Position numbers and translations under genes: made by a program. The notes under the pieces are model-generated. The model did not search any database. It was not told the DNA's origin and saw only the letters and a program-made list of their open reading frames with translations. This document shows, piece after piece, positions 61,409 to 64,000 of a stretch of DNA of 64,000 nucleotides (position 1 is its first letter; every line of letters starts with the position of its first letter). The stretch comes from Lysobacterales bacterium (lineage in GTDB: Bacteria > Pseudomonadota > Gammaproteobacteria > Xanthomonadales > Xanthomonadaceae). Location: positions 11,381-75,380 of the forward strand of contig JBBQAN010000001.1 of assembly GCA_038316385.1 (NCBI GenBank), given 5' to 3'.

Positions 61409-62181
61409 TGCCTTCTCCGCCGTTGTCTGGTTGGTTCGTGATATCGCTGCGACCAGTCGGCCAGCATCGACATTTGTTGCGCGCCGCCGCAGCGTTGGGA
61501 GCTGAGGGTTTGACTCTGCCCGGCTTGCGGTTGGCGGCGCGTGAGGATACGCCGACTCGCGTTGCTTTGGACGCCGCATTGCGATGTTCTTGGGTGGTGT
61601 TCACGAGTCCGTCATCGGTGCGTTTTGCCGTACGCCTGCGCATGTTGTCCGCACCCCCGCGCCAGCGCGTGTTCGCGCTCGGCGCGGCGACGCGCATGGC
61701 GCTGCATCGGGCCGGCATCCCCAACGTGCTGGTTCCAGCGCAGGCAACCAGCGAAGGCCTGCTTGCGTTGCCCGAACTGGCGACCGTGGCCGGCATGCGC
61801 ATCGGTATGGTCACCGCGCCAGACGGCCGCGGACTGCTCGCGCAACGATTGCGCGAACGCGGCGCAACGCTAGTGATCGCCGAGGTCTATGCGCGCGCGC
61901 CGGCACGATTGAATCGGCTGCATGCGCAGCGCTTGCTGGAAGCGCGCAGCCACGGAGCGGTTTGCATCACCAGCGCCGAGGCGCTGCGCAATGTGCTTGC
62001 TGCATTACCCGAACTGGCGCGCGCGGCGCTGCTGCGTTGCGTGGCGGTGGTCAGCAGCACGCGACTGGATGCCATCGCGCGCGATGCCGGATTCACGACG
62101 ATCCTGCGCGCCGATGCGCCGACGCCGCACGGCATGCTGGTCGCGTTGTGCGCGCATGCCAAGCAGCGGGGCTTGCGGTAG
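61387..62181 (+). CDS. hemD: uroporphyrinogen-III synthase
   Basis: HemD-like repeats (VVFTSPSSVRF, VCITSAEALRN). Position upstream of hemX and hemY. Start at ATG 61387 or 61402. Confidence 0.75.
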   Translation: MPLPSMSLPSPPLSGWFVISLRPVGQHRHLLRAAAALGAEGLTLPGLRLAAREDTPTRVALDAALRCSWVVFTSPSSVRFAVRLRMLSAPPRQRVFALGAATRMALHRAGIPNVLVPAQATSEGLLALPELATVAGMRIGMVTAPDGRGLLAQRLRERGATLVIAEVYARAPARLNRLHAQRLLEARSHGAVCITSAEALRNVLAALPELARAALLRCVAVVSSTRLDAIARDAGFTTILRADAPTPHGMLVALCAHAKQRGLR

Positions 62182-62218
62182 CATCGGCGGCGACTCTTGT
62201 TCGCGGTGCTGCGCATCC

Positions 62219-63289
62219 ATGTCCGAATCATCCAGCCTCAACCCGGTGCCGCGTCGCAGCCGTGCGCGCGAGCAAGCGCTGCTGTGGCTGATCGTCCTCG
62301 GCTTGCTCGCGTTCGGCGGCTGGAAGTTGCGTGCGTGGTGGCGCGCAAACATGCAGACGGAAGCAACCGTCGCGGCAACATCCGACGACTCCTCCATCGC
62401 CGACCTACCCGCCGCCGTCAGCGCGTTGCGTCGCGAGCAGCACGCCCTCGCGCAACGCATGAGCGATGCTACGTCGGGCAATCATGTGCTGCGCGATGAA
62501 GTGCTCGGCATGAGCGAGCGCGCTGCATTGCTTGAACAATCGGTCGCGCGCATCGCCAGCCCGCGCGCGCAGGGCGAACAGGCATTGCGGCTCGACGAGG
62601 CCGAGTTGTTATTGACGATCGGCCAGCAACAACTGGAATTGTCGTCCGATGTAGGCAACGCGCTGCATGCATATGCTCTGGCCGACGCCACGCTGGCCGG
62701 CTCCTCCGATCCTGCCGCACTCAATCTGCGCCAATCGCTTGCGCAGGAAGCCACCGCGCTGCGCGCGTTGCCACCCGACCCTCGCGCGAATATCGCCGGG
62801 CAACTCGATGTGTTCGAGGCGACACTCGACTCCTTGCCATTCACCGCCGCTGCGTCGCCGCATACGGGCCAGTCGTCGGTACTGGATCGCGTAGTGGGAA
62901 GCATGGTCGAGGTGCGACGTGCGCAGACCCAGGATCTGCTCGACCCGGTTGCGCGCGAAGCCGCGCTGACGGCCGTCCGCCTTGAGATCACACTCGCGCG
63001 GGTTGCGCTGGAGCGTCGCGACGTGATCGCATTTCGTGCCGCAATCGCGCGCATCGACGGCTGGCTGCCGCGCCTGTTCGCGCCCACCATCGCGGCGCAA
63101 CAGCGCAAGCAGCTCGCCGATCTGCAACGCGCGCCATTGCGCATCGACCTGCCGACGCTGGGCGGCACTCTTGATGAGCTTCGCCGTTTGCGGCAGGCGC
63201 AGCCAGATACAACTGCAATATCCGCGCCCGCTGCAATATCTGCGCCGGCTGCAAAACCGATGCCGAATTCGCCTGTGAAACAACCATGA
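62219..63289 (+). CDS. hemX: HemX-like membrane-anchored protein
   Basis: N-terminal TM helix and a long coiled-coil-like periplasmic region. Synteny hemD-hemX-hemY. Confidence 0.7.
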   Translation: MSESSSLNPVPRRSRAREQALLWLIVLGLLAFGGWKLRAWWRANMQTEATVAATSDDSSIADLPAAVSALRREQHALAQRMSDATSGNHVLRDEVLGMSERAALLEQSVARIASPRAQGEQALRLDEAELLLTIGQQQLELSSDVGNALHAYALADATLAGSSDPAALNLRQSLAQEATALRALPPDPRANIAGQLDVFEATLDSLPFTAAASPHTGQSSVLDRVVGSMVEVRRAQTQDLLDPVAREAALTAVRLEITLARVALERRDVIAFRAAIARIDGWLPRLFAPTIAAQQRKQLADLQRAPLRIDLPTLGGTLDELRRLRQAQPDTTAISAPAAISAPAAKPMPNSPVKQP

Positions 63290-64000
63290 AACTGTTCCGC
63301 CAGCTCCTGCTCTGGCTAGCACTCGCTGCGCTCGGCGCGTTGCTGTGGCAACGTTTTGCGAACGACCAGGGACAAGTGATCGTCAGCCTTGATGGCACCA
63401 CCTATGTCACCACCGTGACCAAGGCGTTGCTGATGGTGGGCATCGCATTGCTAGTGCTGTGGCTTGCGCTATGGTTGCTGCGTCTGCCGTTCCGCTTGTG
63501 GAAACGGCATCGCCACAAACAGGCGCGCGTGCGCATGACCGGCGGTTTGCTGGCGTTGCATGAAGGCCGCTGGACACGCGCTGAAAAATTGCTCGCGCAA
63601 GCCGCCGAAGATCCGGCCATGCGGCTGCCAGCGCGACTCGGCGCGGCGCAGGCGGCGCAGGCGCGTGGCGATGCGGCAGCATTCGATCAACACTTGCAGG
63701 CGGCTGGTGGGGAAGACGCAGATTCAGCGACTGCCCTAGCGCGCGCCGATGCATTGCTCACCGCAGGCCGCGCGCAGGACGCGATCGCGATGCTCGATGT
63801 CGCTGCGCAGAAATCGCCGCTGTCGCCGCGCGCCTTGTTGCTGCGCACGCGCGCGCTGATCGCGAGCCGACGTGCCGGCGAAGCCTATGGCACGCTTGGC
63901 GCACTCAAGAGCGCGCAGTCTTTGTCGCCGAACGAACATGCCGTGCTGGAAACCGAACTTGCCGCGCAGTCTTTGCGTGAATCCGACGACGCCAATGCAC
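63286..64000 (+). CDS. hemY: HemY-like TPR membrane protein (3'-partial)
   Basis: ATGA overlap with the hemX stop. Two N-terminal TM helices, then TPR-like repeats. The frame is open to the window end. Confidence 0.75.
   Translation, partial: MKLFRQLLLWLALAALGALLWQRFANDQGQVIVSLDGTTYVTTVTKALLMVGIALLVLWLALWLLRLPFRLWKRHRHKQARVRMTGGLLALHEGRWTRAEKLLAQAAEDPAMRLPARLGAAQAAQARGDAAAFDQHLQAAGGEDADSATALARADALLTAGRAQDAIAMLDVAAQKSPLSPRALLLRTRALIASRRAGEAYGTLGALKSAQSLSPNEHAVLETELAAQSLRESDDANA

Overview
This is a high-GC (about two-thirds G+C by eye) gammaproteobacterial chromosome segment. Gene content and synteny resemble Xanthomonadales/Lysobacterales, possibly Rhodanobacter-like, but that placement is inference only.

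About 60 genes are supported, most of them housekeeping: plsB, ttcA, rdgC, glyQ-GST-glyS, tatABC, hemH, comM, aceB-aceA with a divergent LysR regulator, ubiK, ubiJ-ubiB-truC, an M16 peptidase, trmL, gpsA-secB and hemD-hemX-hemY.

Two blocks stand out.

(1) 27.8-39.3 kb is an FNR-type anaerobic/denitrification block. It holds nirK (C-terminal cytochrome c fusion)-nirV-sco, nnrS (interrupted by an in-frame TAG), a sirB2-like gene, a cysteine-synthase relic, a small HMA-like ORF with a CCGSCSG tail, and fnr-hemN. Good TTGAY-N4-RTCAA boxes lie in front of nirK, nnrS and hemN.

(2) 44.8-52.6 kb is the oleABCD olefin cluster, which has been invaded twice. A low-GC ~2.4 kb cassette (NYN nuclease plus an HsdR_N/DUF3800-like fusion protein) sits between oleA and oleB. 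I rate this cassette as the best candidate for an undescribed system. A DUF559 endonuclease gene sits between oleC and oleD, bracketed by inverted copies of a dispersed hairpin+G-box repeat. Cargo-less twin sites of the same repeat lie at oleB/oleC and at ttcA/rdgC.

Several genes carry lesions: two 1-nt homopolymer frameshifts, one amber codon, and one nucleophile Ser->Ala. These could be real decay or assembly error.

I recognised no rRNA, tRNA, CRISPR, transposase or integrase. All homology statements come from motif recognition by eye; no searches were run.
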